Source of the DNA: Nageia nagi
Taxonomy: Eukaryota > Plantae > Pinophyta
Reading direction: 5' to 3'
Length of the DNA: 64,000 nt
Assembly: GCA_050084985.1 (NCBI GenBank)
Contig: JBITNC010000001.1
Span: 150,350,001 to 150,414,000, forward strand
Shown: positions 12,266 through 23,465 of the stretch, piece after piece
How the letters are laid out: each line of letters begins with the position of its first letter
Position numbering within the stretch: position 1 is the stretch's first letter
Translations under genes and position numbers: made by a program
Notes under the pieces: generated by a model
Seen by the model: the letters and a program-made list of their open reading frames with translations, nothing else
What the model was told of the DNA's origin: nothing
Database searches by the model: none

Positions 12266-12640
12266 TTGTACATTCTATACCTCCGTGGTAAGTTTGCTCT
12301 GCATGACAAACTTGTTGTACAATTATTGTTATAGAGTGTTGATTATTTTATACCTCCGTGGTAAGTTTGCTCTGCGTGACAAACTTGTTGTACATTTTAT
12401 ACCTCCGTGGTAAGTTTGCTCTGCGTGATAAACTTGTTGTACATTTTTATACCTCCATGGTAAGTTTGCTCTGTGTGACAAACTTGTTGTACATTTTACA
12501 CCTCCATGGTAAGTTTGCTCTGTGTGACAAACTTGTACATTTTACACCTCCGTGGTAAGTTCACTCTGCGTGAGGAACTTGTTGTACATTCTATACCTCT
12601 GTGGTGAGTTTTCTCTGTGTGAGAAACTCATTGTATAATT
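12266..12640 (+). repeat. 7-copy ~49 bp tandem array, each unit containing a bulged hairpin, in the copia 3' UTR
   Basis: Unit TTATACCTCCGTGGTAAGTTTGCTCTGCGTGACAAACTTGTTGTACATT with the internal inverted repeat AAGTTTG/CAAACTT. Confidence 0.95.
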
Positions 12641-12692
12641 TTTATGCTTTATTAATAATCAACACATGTCTATATACAACAGGTGACTATGA

Positions 12693-12740
12693 GTGATGGC
12701 TTGGCATCTTCGTGATGGCTTGGCATCTTCGTGATGACTT
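12693..12740 (+). repeat. 19-bp tandem repeat (x2.5)
   Basis: GTGATGGCTTGGCATCTTC twice plus a partial copy. Confidence 0.85.
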
Positions 12741-13133
12741 ATAGTGCACCATTAATTAGTTAATTATAAGATGGCATTATTTGATTCTCTTATTTGAATA
12801 TATGATGCATCTAACTAATTTTATTCATGAGTTGCTTGTAGCATACAAGATCTTCTTCAGAAATGCAGGTTACTCACCTTGTGTAAGCAAGCTCATGGAG
12901 ACTCACATGTCAGCTTAAAGTTGATCGACTACTATGTACAGTGAAACCAATTGTGGTTAATGATTGTATTGTAAACCATTTTGTCAAATGGTAATGTAGT
13001 GAGTCTCATACTAGTTCTCAAAAAGATTCTCAAATATGTAAATGTTCTCATCTCCACTTGTATCTCTATGGAGGAGAACTCTCTCTTACTCTCTCTCTCT
13101 TCTCTCTTCTATGCTCTATCCCAATATTGCATT

Positions 13134-13143
13134 AAGGGGAGAG
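13134..13143 (+). promoter_or_regulatory. Copia polypurine tract
   Basis: AAGGGGAGAG directly before the 3' LTR. Confidence 0.9.
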
Positions 13144-13602
13144 TGTTAGAATTTGTAATGAAATATTGTGAATATCTAAACTCCTTGTAAATTCAATTAA
13201 TCACTTAAAGGAAATGTAGATACCTTAAGGGATTAATTGAATTCTTTATTATGTAGACTTTGACTTTACCATGTGGTTAGTTGGTAGGTTAAAGTTAGGT
13301 GATACATTTATTGTAACCCTAACCTTATCCTTGGGTTAAAGGGAGGTTAGGGAGGTGCTCTCAAGCTATAAATAGAGGGCCTCTCCTCTTGTAACATAAC
13401 TAAGTTTTTGGAGTAAGATTACTCTACTAGTTGTGTAGGAGAGAAAGAGAATAGTTGTAAGAGAGGCATACTTGAGAATTGAGATACTAGTTGTGGATGT
13501 ACTCCCAAGGAGGGAGGAACCACATTATATGTGTGTTATCTTGTGTATGATTGAGTTTCCTAGTCTTGGTCCTTGAGGATTAGTTTAGGTCTAAATCCTT
13601 CA
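13144..13602 (+). repeat. Copia 3' LTR
   Basis: 459-bp direct repeat of 7705-8163. Confidence 0.97.
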
Positions 13603-13964
13603 GCTCAATGGGACAAGAGCTAAATTATATATTTAATGGGCATTATTAGGCTTGATAACTTCATCTGGTGGGTTATTAATTTGATCCTTCAAGATTCTAA
13701 GGTTTTTATTACCTTATTAGTGAATCTGCTATCAACCAATCACTTTTTTTAACCTTGGTACCTCCAGAATGTAGGCTAACTAGAAGTAGTACCAAAAATT
13801 CTCTAAGATAGCCTAGATTTCAAGAGCTATCAATTCCCTATAGGAGGACTAGATGAAAAATATCTTAGATTGGGTCACCTTTGATCCCTTTAAGAGCTAC
13901 CCCTTTATCAGTTGCATTTGGCTCATTCCCAAAAAATCCTTCACCTCCTATATGTCCTCCAAGT

Positions 13965-16900
13965 ATGGCTCAACCAGTAGACTTCCCTGCTTAGAATAAC
14001 AATCACCCCTTAGTTGTAGATGCTAATTCATCACCTATACCTTAAGCAAATTTTAAAGTTTTGCTTAAGTATGATGGATTTGAAAAGATGCCATATGAGC
14101 ACTGCTAAGATGTATCATTATTGGCTTCAAGCTTTGATATCACTAATGAAACTATGATGACAAGGCTATTATCACATTCTTTTGAAGGCAAAGTAGCTGA
14201 ATGGTTCAAGACTCTCACCCCCAACCTATAAATTCATGGGGAGAGTTATGGCAGGCCTTGATTAAAAGATTTTCTATATATGGTGATGATAGCATGTTCA
14301 TTACCCTCATAGCATCTATCAAAAGGCATCCACATGAATCTATTGATGATTTTAATATCAAATTTGAAAGAACATGGAAATTCATACCAGCAAGGATAAG
14401 ACTAACTAATGCTTAAGCTCTGGTATATTACCTAAAACCTTTCCTTCTTGACCTTAATATGCTTATTGTTATGTCAAGAGATACATTCCCAAATGTTTAT
14501 CAGATGGCTAAAACTATAGAACATACCTTGGTTTCCTTTGGTATAATGTAACTCAAAATGATCATGCCTGTATTTCCTAATTTACCTCCTAAGCAAACTT
14601 CATAAATAGGTCATCTTGGAGTTCTTGCCCTACCACCTCCTCCCAAACCTACTATTCAAAATTAACTACAAGCATTACCTATTATCGCATCTACAAGTAC
14701 TGGTACTGAAAGGATAAGGTAGTTGGGAATAACTATCAAAAGTTTATCCAACAAGCTCACTCTGAAAGAAAGGTAGAATCATAGTTCTAACTATATAATA
14801 TATGATAATCAGTATCAACCAAGATTCTAGCCTAGGGTCAATCAGCCAGAACAGTCTAATCCTTTTAAAGCAATTGAAAATGCTATTATGACCAATTCTA
14901 CATATGGTGTTACTTCGAGCATTATGGAATGGTGTCCACCATGTTCAACTCCTCATTTTCTAAATTTATGTGTGGTATATCAACATCCAGAAATAGTAAA
15001 AGGAGGATAAATGAAGAAAATTCTATCTATGTTGTGTCTAAAGTTGTCTCGCTAGCTCTAATAAGTGTAACTAGATCCCCACCTTTTTATTTATCCCTAA
15101 TATTAGAAGTATGGGTAGTAAATAATTGTATGATTGATACTAGAGCTACTATAACCATTATTCCAAAAGCTATTGCAGATGGAATGAAATTGTACATTAC
15201 ATGATGCATTGATGGGGTCACATAGTTGGATTCTTCCTTAGTAGAGGTTATTAGTAGTGTTAAAGGTGTTCAAATAACCTTGAATGCCTTCTCTGATATT
15301 AATGTTTTCCAAGACATTATTGTAGTTGATCTTCCACCTCTATTCAAAATTTGTCTTTCTAGAGAATTTATTGCTAAATTAGAAGGGCATCTAGCCTTAG
15401 ACTATAGTCATCTTCTACTTCCCTTCCAAAATAAATAGGTAAACATTTTGAATAAGGGCACTAAAATTATCTATCTCAAGAGGATCAATGAAGTAAAATG
15501 CATAAATGATCCATAATTAGTAAAAGATTTGAAAGTGATACACTAAGGGAATCACTACTAACAATCAAATTTCTATTATCCAATGATTTGAATTATCAGA
15601 TCATAAATGCTGGGATGGGTAATTACTATCTATATAAAAAAGTTCAGCTAGTTTCAGTAATTATTGATAAAGAATAAGAGGTATGGATGATGTATTTTCA
15701 TGGTTTTTGATGTAGACATGGATGTGGAGCTAGGGTCATCCTCAAATCTCCCAAAGGGATTACCAAAAGATTCTCCTTTCGATTCACATGGACCTGCACT
15801 AACAATGTTACTAAATATGAAGCCCTTTGTTTAGGGTTATCTAAAGCTATTAGTTTAGGTATCAAATGCCTAATTGTCCATGGTGATTTTGAATTGGTCA
15901 TCAAGCAAGTTAGAAATCATATCAATGCTAAGCACCATTATCTGAACAACTATAGGAATAGAGTGTGGGACTTATTGGAATCATTCTTAGCCATCAATTT
16001 TGTATCTATTCCTAAGATGCATAACCATATAGCTAATGCACTTGCTGGAAAAAGAGCACATTATAATCCTACACATCATATAACAGGAACTCTTGAAGTC
16101 AAAGTGTAGTGTAGGCCTTCAATTCCTGATGTTGCAAACTTTTGGTAAGTATTTGACTCCAATGTACATATTGTCAATTTCTTTATAGATGAAGCAGTGA
16201 CTCACACTTTTGGTACTCGAAATATGTTTGATTATTTCCAAGAATTAGACATCATTCAACTAAGAAACAATGTAATACCAAAAGGACTGCTCTCTTTTGA
16301 AAGACTATTTGATTCAAAATATGTCCTAAATGCAAAGTCTTTGGTCATCTTGAAGGAGAATTATGTTGAGCTAGAGGTAGAACCTGGTAAATTCATAAAA
16401 TTTGGTTCAAAATGCTCTTATGCAAAAAAGGTTGCTATGTCTCAGATTTATCATGAGTTTTCCCAGGTAATTGCTTGGACTTGTGACGATCTCAAGACAT
16501 ATGACGAAAATGTCATCCAACATACAGTTGAGCTTCAACCAGATGCTAAACCATACATGCAAAAGTAAAGACCTGTAAATCCAAAAATAGAAGAAGTTAT
16601 GAAATAAGAGTTAATCAAACTCCTTGATTCAAAAATATTTTTTCCAACTAAGCATTCTTCTTGGGTTGTAAATTTAATTCCTATAAGAAAGAAAAATGGA
16701 GAAATCAAACTTTGTGTTGATTTCAAAAATTTGAATAAAGTGTCCCTGAAAGATAATTATCCTCTCCCTCCTATGGAATAAATCCTACATATAATAGCCA
16801 AAGCTTGTTATTTTTTAATGATAGATGGCTACTCAGGATTTAATTAGATTTGGGTGAAGGATGAAGATAAATTTAAGATAGTATTTACAACTAAAATGGG

Positions 16901-19053
16901 GCACATTTTCTTTTCAAAGGATGCCATTTGGTCTTTCCAATGCAAGAGCTACTTTTCAAAGAGCTATGGATCATGCATTCAATGAGCTAATAAACAAGAT
17001 CATATTGATTTATCTAGATGATATCATTGTCTTCTCTAGAAGTAGATGTGATCATCTAGAACATCTAAGATTAATCTTTGAAAAATGCATGAAATTTGGC
17101 ATTTCTATCAACCCAAAAAAGTCAATTTTTATGGTCAACCAAAGAAAGCTTCTTGGCCATATTGTTTCAAGGGAAGGGCTAGTAATTGATCCAGATAGAG
17201 TGAAAGCTATAGAGGCATTGCCACTTCCATCCAATAAAAAGGCCTTATAGTCATTCCTTGGGTAGATTAAATTTGTTAGGAAATTTATTAATAATTTTTC
17301 AAAAATTGTATCACCAATCACTTCTATGCTTAAAAAGGATGCTAAATTTTTTTGGTCATATAAAGTAAAGATAGCTTTCAAAGAAATAAAGAAGGCTATA
17401 ATTGAAGCTTTGATGCTTAAGAATCTTGATATGTCAAAAGATTTTATTATGTATACACATGGAGCAAACACAAGCATAGCTATAACTCTTGTACAGAAGG
17501 ATGATAATAATGAGGAACATCGAATTGCCTTTCATAGCCAAACACTACATCAACACCAACACAGATGTCTCCCACAATAGAATCCTTATGTATACTATTC
17601 ATCTAGATGTAAAAAATTACATTATATAAGGAGATCTAGGTGAAAGAAAAGTTGGCTGGATTACCAAGATAATGGAATATGATATAGAAATCAAGCCAAC
17701 CAAGCTGATCATAGGCAAGGCTCTATGTCAGAATATGGCTAAAGCTTCACATATGATTACTTTTGTGAAAGATGAATAGTAACTCAATCATGAGAGTGAT
17801 TAGATTAAACAAATTATTATTTATTTTCAAATGGGTAAGTGCCTTGAAGCTCTAGATAGATTCCAAGAAAGAAGGTTCAGGTTGCATAACCTTAAATTTG
17901 TTATGATAGATGATCACTTGTATAAAAAAAATTTGATCAAACCCTTCTCAAATGCATGATTGAAGATGAATCCCGAAGGATATTGTATGAATTGCATTAC
18001 AGATTCTCTGATGAGCACTACAGTGGACCAACTATAGCAACAAAGATGTTACAAGCTGGATACTACTGTCCCACTATATTTTAGGATTCATTCAAAATTG
18101 CATGAGAATGTGATAAATGTAATAAATTTGTGGGAAAAAAAAAGATAAGCTATCATGACTCTTAAATCGGTAGTGGTGGAAGAGCCTTTTCAATAATGGG
18201 TTATGGACTTTATTAGTGTCATGAACCCCAATTCCTTAGCAAGGCACAAATTTATTTTGACTGCTATAGACTACTTCACTAGATGGTTAGAGGCTATGCC
18301 ATGCAAACATGCAGATCAAGAAGTGGTGATAGAAATGATTAAAAGGATAATCACCCGCTTTGGAATCCCATAAACTATAGTGTTAAATAATGGTTTGATA
18401 TTTACTAGAGGCGATCTATCAAGCTTTGTAGCTCAATATGGAATCTATTGATTATTCTCTTCAAACTATTACCCACAAGGTAATAGGTTAGCTGAATCAA
18501 CTAACAAAAACTTGACTCGGATTATCAAGAGAACAATTGAAGGGGAATCCTAAAGAGTGGCATACACAATTGGACTATGCATTATGAGATGATAGAATTA
18601 GTAATAAAGACATCCTTATATGCATTAGTATATGGTAAAAGACCAACATTACCAATACACATGGAGTTACCAAGTTTGCAAATCCTGCAAGAAATGGAAG
18701 ATCATGACTTTGAGCCATTACTATCCAGATATAATCAGCTCCTAAAATTGGAGGAAGATCACAACAAAGCATATGAGTCATTCCAGCATCGCCAAAGCAT
18801 CATCAAGAGATGGTTTGATAAGAAAAAGTCCTCCTAGATGAAGTTTGAACTAGGTGATATTGTTCTCAAATGGGACAAGAAAAGAACAAAACCTAGGAGA
18901 CACCAAAAATTTGACTCACTTTGGAGTAGGCCTTATGTCATTACCCAGGCTATGTAGAATAATGCATTCAAGTTACAAGATGTTGCTGAGTCCCAAGAAT
19001 TACCTATTCCTATCAATAGGATCTATTTAAAGCATTATCGGGCGATGAGGTAA
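13965..19053 (+). pseudogene. Tat gag-pol, heavily disrupted
   Basis: Gag (INSWGELWQALIKRF, ESIDDFNIKF), protease (MIDTRAT), RT (IKLCVDF, MPFGLSNARATFQRAM, YLDDIIVFS), RNase H (IAFHSQTL), integrase (LQAGYY, WVMDF, DYFTRWLEA, YYPQGNRLAES, WSRPYVI). Start approximate. Confidence 0.92.
15680..16109 (+). pseudogene. Additional (archaeal-type) RNase H domain located between protease and RT
   Basis: WMMYFHG..GCGARVILKSPKG..CTNNVTKYEALCLGL..HGDFELVIKQV..IPKMHNHIANALA. This is the RNase HI pattern typical of Tat aRH, and it lies upstream of RT. Confidence 0.88.
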
Positions 19054-19635
19054 AATTGGATTCCTTGCAAGGCATTGTATAGTGTAAATACTGTAAATAA
19101 ATTATTTTTGTAAAAAAATGTATTATTTGCATAGTTTTCAAAAAGAGTTAATAACCTTTAATGATCAAATTTATTAGAAATTAATGTTGATGCACTACCT
19201 AGCTATCAACTTTAATTCAGATTAGGCAAGAGTTACTGATGATATGCTATCTAGCTGTAACTAAATTAAATGGCATTTAAGGAAATATTTCCTCAAATTT
19301 CACAAACCACCATACAAGTATAAAAGTTAAATCTGGTATGCTTTGAAATTACCAATTCAATTTATGCTAGCTAATTCTGTATAGTATTCAGGTCTCAAGA
19401 TCCTTAAGGAGTAATTATCATTAATGAAAATCTTGTCAATCTTGGAAAAATAAAACTCCTCTCATACTCTTAATTCGACACTTAGCATATTTGGAGCACT
19501 CAAGTTTTAGAGCATTCAGAGCAAAGAAATTTTAGAGCTGAGTTATTTTGAGAGAAAAGAGAAGTTGCAGGACCTCCTACTACCTAGACTATAATTTTAA
19601 TGATTACTAGAGGTTCAAAAAAAGGTGAGATTATC

Positions 19636-22600
19636 ATGGCAACTTCTCAATCATCCTCTGTAGTCAAAATAGAGCAACTTGACATTGACTTACTTTCATT
19701 ATAAGAAGAATATCTCAAGAATGCACTAGGAGTGAACTGTACTAAAATGGAAGTGATCAATTATATGGATACATGGAGACCTAACCCTAACCATGTGGTT
19801 TTGAGATTGAAGACTCCTAAAGTCACCAAAAAAGGAAAATTTCTTGCTCATTCTAGGAGAGATGTTATGATTAACTAAGGTTTGGCATATTATGTGCCTT
19901 ATAAGTATTTCACATGTCCTAAGCTCTTATACTCCTTAGTGCACAGGCATCATCAAAAGAGGTGTCAAATTGGCATGTACAAGGGCATTAAAGAGGAATA
20001 AGCTTTAGAACCTATGTTTGAAGTGGTGTTGGACTACTCTTAGAATTCCATTGTCCAAGCATTTGCAGTTCCAGGAGACTGGACATTTCATGTAAAAAAG
20101 CAAATTGATTTAAAAAGGGAGAAATTTGATTTTTATATTAATGAAGATGAGATGCTAAACTAGATTAATGAAGATACCATGACATTAAGAAATCAAAACT
20201 CTTACTGAACTATCAAATAGCTATTTTTGAAAGAAGAAAAGATAAGGAAGTGCTATAGGCACTCGCGAGCATTCTAAGGAAGAAGACCCAGATAGAAGTA
20301 GATGAGGCCATGGTACGCATAGGATATAATATTTCAAAAGCCCATGTCTACTATGATTTCTCAACCTTCATAACTGAAGAAATTTAGAGATGCTTATTCA
20401 AGATAGAGAAGTTAGATTTTAGGCATTCTTCCTATCTTTAGTGGCTTTTTATCCATCAAAATTTGGACTTGTTAGTAGAGGGAGGGCTCCCAATTGAGCC
20501 AACTAGCTCTAGTAATGCCTTAGTCGAATTGATTACCAATTTTGAGTAAGTTGCATGGGTCCTATTATGAGTTTATGGATAAGTTTTATGCCACCATAGT
20601 AAAAATTTTGATTGGCAAATTCCCCAATAGGCTAGGCAAGAGCACAATAGGAGAGTTACAAGACAAGAATAAAATTGGTGATTGGTACTTCTTGAAAGAT
20701 CGCATCATGATAATAAGGTATGGAAATTTTGATAAACCATTCTTTTTTCTTAAGTATGTTACCTTCCAATTATATTCAATAGAGATGGGTAGGCAAATTT
20801 ATGCAATGGAAACTAAATACAGGGCTAGGGGAAATTTCAAGTGTATTGTAAATATACCAGCATCTACAAAAAATTTTACTCTATTAAAGATAGGATGTAC
20901 AAAAAGCATTACTCAATTCATTGTACAAAATTTCAAATTAAATAAGGTGGAAACTACATGGGCGTATGACCCATCAGGGGAGATAATCCAGTTAATAAGG
21001 ACTAGTAAGAAACATCTAGCATTCATACATGATAGTAGGCCCCATATTGAGTATTTTGTAAATAAAATATAGCAAGACATAGAATTATACCCTGATTGGA
21101 AATTTGTACCTTTAAATAAAGCCTGGATAGATCTAGAGGGAATAAGAAAGTATATAAAATAAAAGAATAAGAGGTAAGATTTTGTCCTCAACCCATAGGT
21201 CCTCACCTAATTAGCATATCTTGGGTGGGGTCGTAATAAAATTTATTATTTCATAAAATTCAAATTTGAATACACCACCAAAATTCACCACATTAAAAGT
21301 GAATTATTTGAAAATTTCAAATATGATAAATATTGGGAGGCAGAGTATTATAAGGATCCATTGCTAGAGTTGGGATGGCCACTCCCTCTTCATTTTCATG
21401 GGAAACCCATTGTAGAGGAGAGGATAATGTAGAGAAGGTAAACAACTATCATTACTCAAGCTTCAAAGAAAGAAAAATAGGATCCATCAGATACCACTAC
21501 TTATTTTTGGGAACCTTCTCCTAAGAAGAAAATAAAGATTCAAACTTTGGCTCAGAAGCAAAAACTAAAGGAGTAAAGGCCCATAAAAAAGCCCTAATTA
21601 GCCATAACAAGATCATAATCATAAGTGATTATCCTTTCACCTTCAAAGGTAATGTAAGAACTTCCAAGGGTGGTTATCTAAGAATAAAAAATTCTTGATC
21701 CTAAAGAATTTAACTGACCATAAGATACTGAAGCTGGTAGTATAGAACAGGCTCAGGAACAACAGTAAGAGGAAACCTTGATAGAAGAATAGAGTCATAT
21801 TTAGCCAAGTGGGGAAACTGTACTTGAGTCTAGAGAAACAATGATGATGGCACCTGAAGGAGGGTCGAGAGATGATGAAGATGATGATGATGAGTTTAAG
21901 AAAAAGGACTCTGGCCCAATGGATGACCCTGAAGAAGTAGGTAAGGTAATGGAAGAGGTTGAGCTTGAACTAGAGGTCTAGTAATTAACTCCTCCCTAAC
22001 CACCTTAACTAGTTCAGCAAGCAAAGACACCTATTACAGGTGAAATTATTTTCACTCATTCTTTTACTCTAATTACCTTGTAAGAGGAAATAAAATCCAT
22101 TTTTTTTTACATAAATTATAGAGCCCATTAATTGGGTAACTTTTGTAAACAAATCTCCTCTGCTACTTAAGCAACAGTCAAGAATTTTAAGCAAAGTGAT
22201 AGAGACAAGAGATATTAAAATTGCTTAGATGCCTTTCAAAGGACATCTGGAGCTGACTCTCATGGCTGTACTAAATGTGAGTATGCAAAGTGCACCAACC
22301 ATTGATCATTCTAGATTCTTGGTCAACACTTCAATGGCAATCAGAAAGAGTCTTCACTCAATGAAGACTAAAATTGAAAAATTGAATAAAAAAGTTGATC
22401 AATATAAGAAGGACTACTCCCTCAAGTATAAAACAATAGCCATGTTGTAGAATAAAAATAAAGATTTGATTGTAAAGTTGGAGAGGCAAAAAATAGAATT
22501 TGATAAGAGCATGGTGACATCAAAAGAGCATCTAGACACTACAAACCAAGTAATAGAAGAACTTAAAGCTCAAGTTGAAGTGGTAGATGCTCAGAAAGTT

Positions 22601-23400
22601 AAGTAGATTGAGGTCGAAATGCAAAATATCAATGCAATGAATAAAATTCTATCAAAAGATAATGCAAAGCTGCTATTACTGATGAAAAATGTTAAAAAAT
22701 CCTTGGTATAGTAAGTTGATGATAAAATGATAATATTATCTGACTTGCACCTACTCAAGGAACAAGTAATCTAAGCCATTAAAGAATTTCATGCTCAATG
22801 TGCTCTCCATAAGTAAACTCTAGACATATCCAGGAAAGTATTAAAGAGGATGTAGGTTCGATTGAGGATTCTAACTGAAAAAGAGTTCGTAATGGTCTCC
22901 CCAAAGCCTAAGCAGTCTTATCAAAAAAGAATCCAAGAAATTTATGATCTCTAGAGCTTGGTATTCAATATGGATCTAAATAAACACCAGCTCATATCAG
23001 ACTTGGGATTTGTCAATAAATTTTTTAATTCTTTAGTTGAAATAAAAGCTCCCAAAATATGGGAAGAGGAGAATGTACAAGGTAGTGCTACCAATTGGGT
23101 AGCCAATACCACTCAATTTTTTGAGCAATCTTTCTCTAAGAAATAAATCTCAGATTTACAGTAAATAAATGAATTAGCTCAGGAAGCCATTATAAAATTT
23201 CTACATGCTAAAAAGTTAAACAGTATCTTAGAAGGATTCAAGTCAGATACTGAGAAGATCAAGGGATACCTCATCCTCTCACAACCTGATTATAAAGAAT
23301 TAAGTGAACTCAATAAAAGGATGCAAGCATTCCTCCCATAAGATATAATGGTAGTAGTTGAAACTATGATAAGATCTTCTTCAGGACCAAGACAAGTCAT
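19636..23400 (+). pseudogene. Large degenerate sense-strand extra ORF of the Tat element (unknown function)
   Basis: About 3.8 kb of codon-like sequence with stops and frameshifts between integrase and the 3' LTR: FTCPKLLYSLV..SIVQAFAVP, ORF 20542-21072 (IGDWYF..RYGNFDKPFF..EMGRQ), an acidic tract (~21870), and a K/E-rich coiled-coil-like part (22.3-23.3 kb). Limits approximate. Confidence 0.7.
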
Positions 23401-23465
23401 TGGGAGCAGTAGTTGATCGGTTCTTTTCTTTAGCAGGCGGAGACCCCTGAGAGTTGCCAAAAGAT

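Larger units (their letters stand above)
7705..13602 (+). mobile_element. Full-length Ty1/copia LTR retrotransposon
   Basis: 459-bp TG..CA LTRs. TSD GCTCA (7700-7704 and 13603-13607). Met PBS, PPT and gag-PR-INT-RT-RH order. Confidence 0.98.

Noticed and set aside
12266-12640. CRISPR-like array (palindromic repeats)
   Set aside because: Units are contiguous without unique spacers, there are no cas genes, and the array lies inside a plant copia element.
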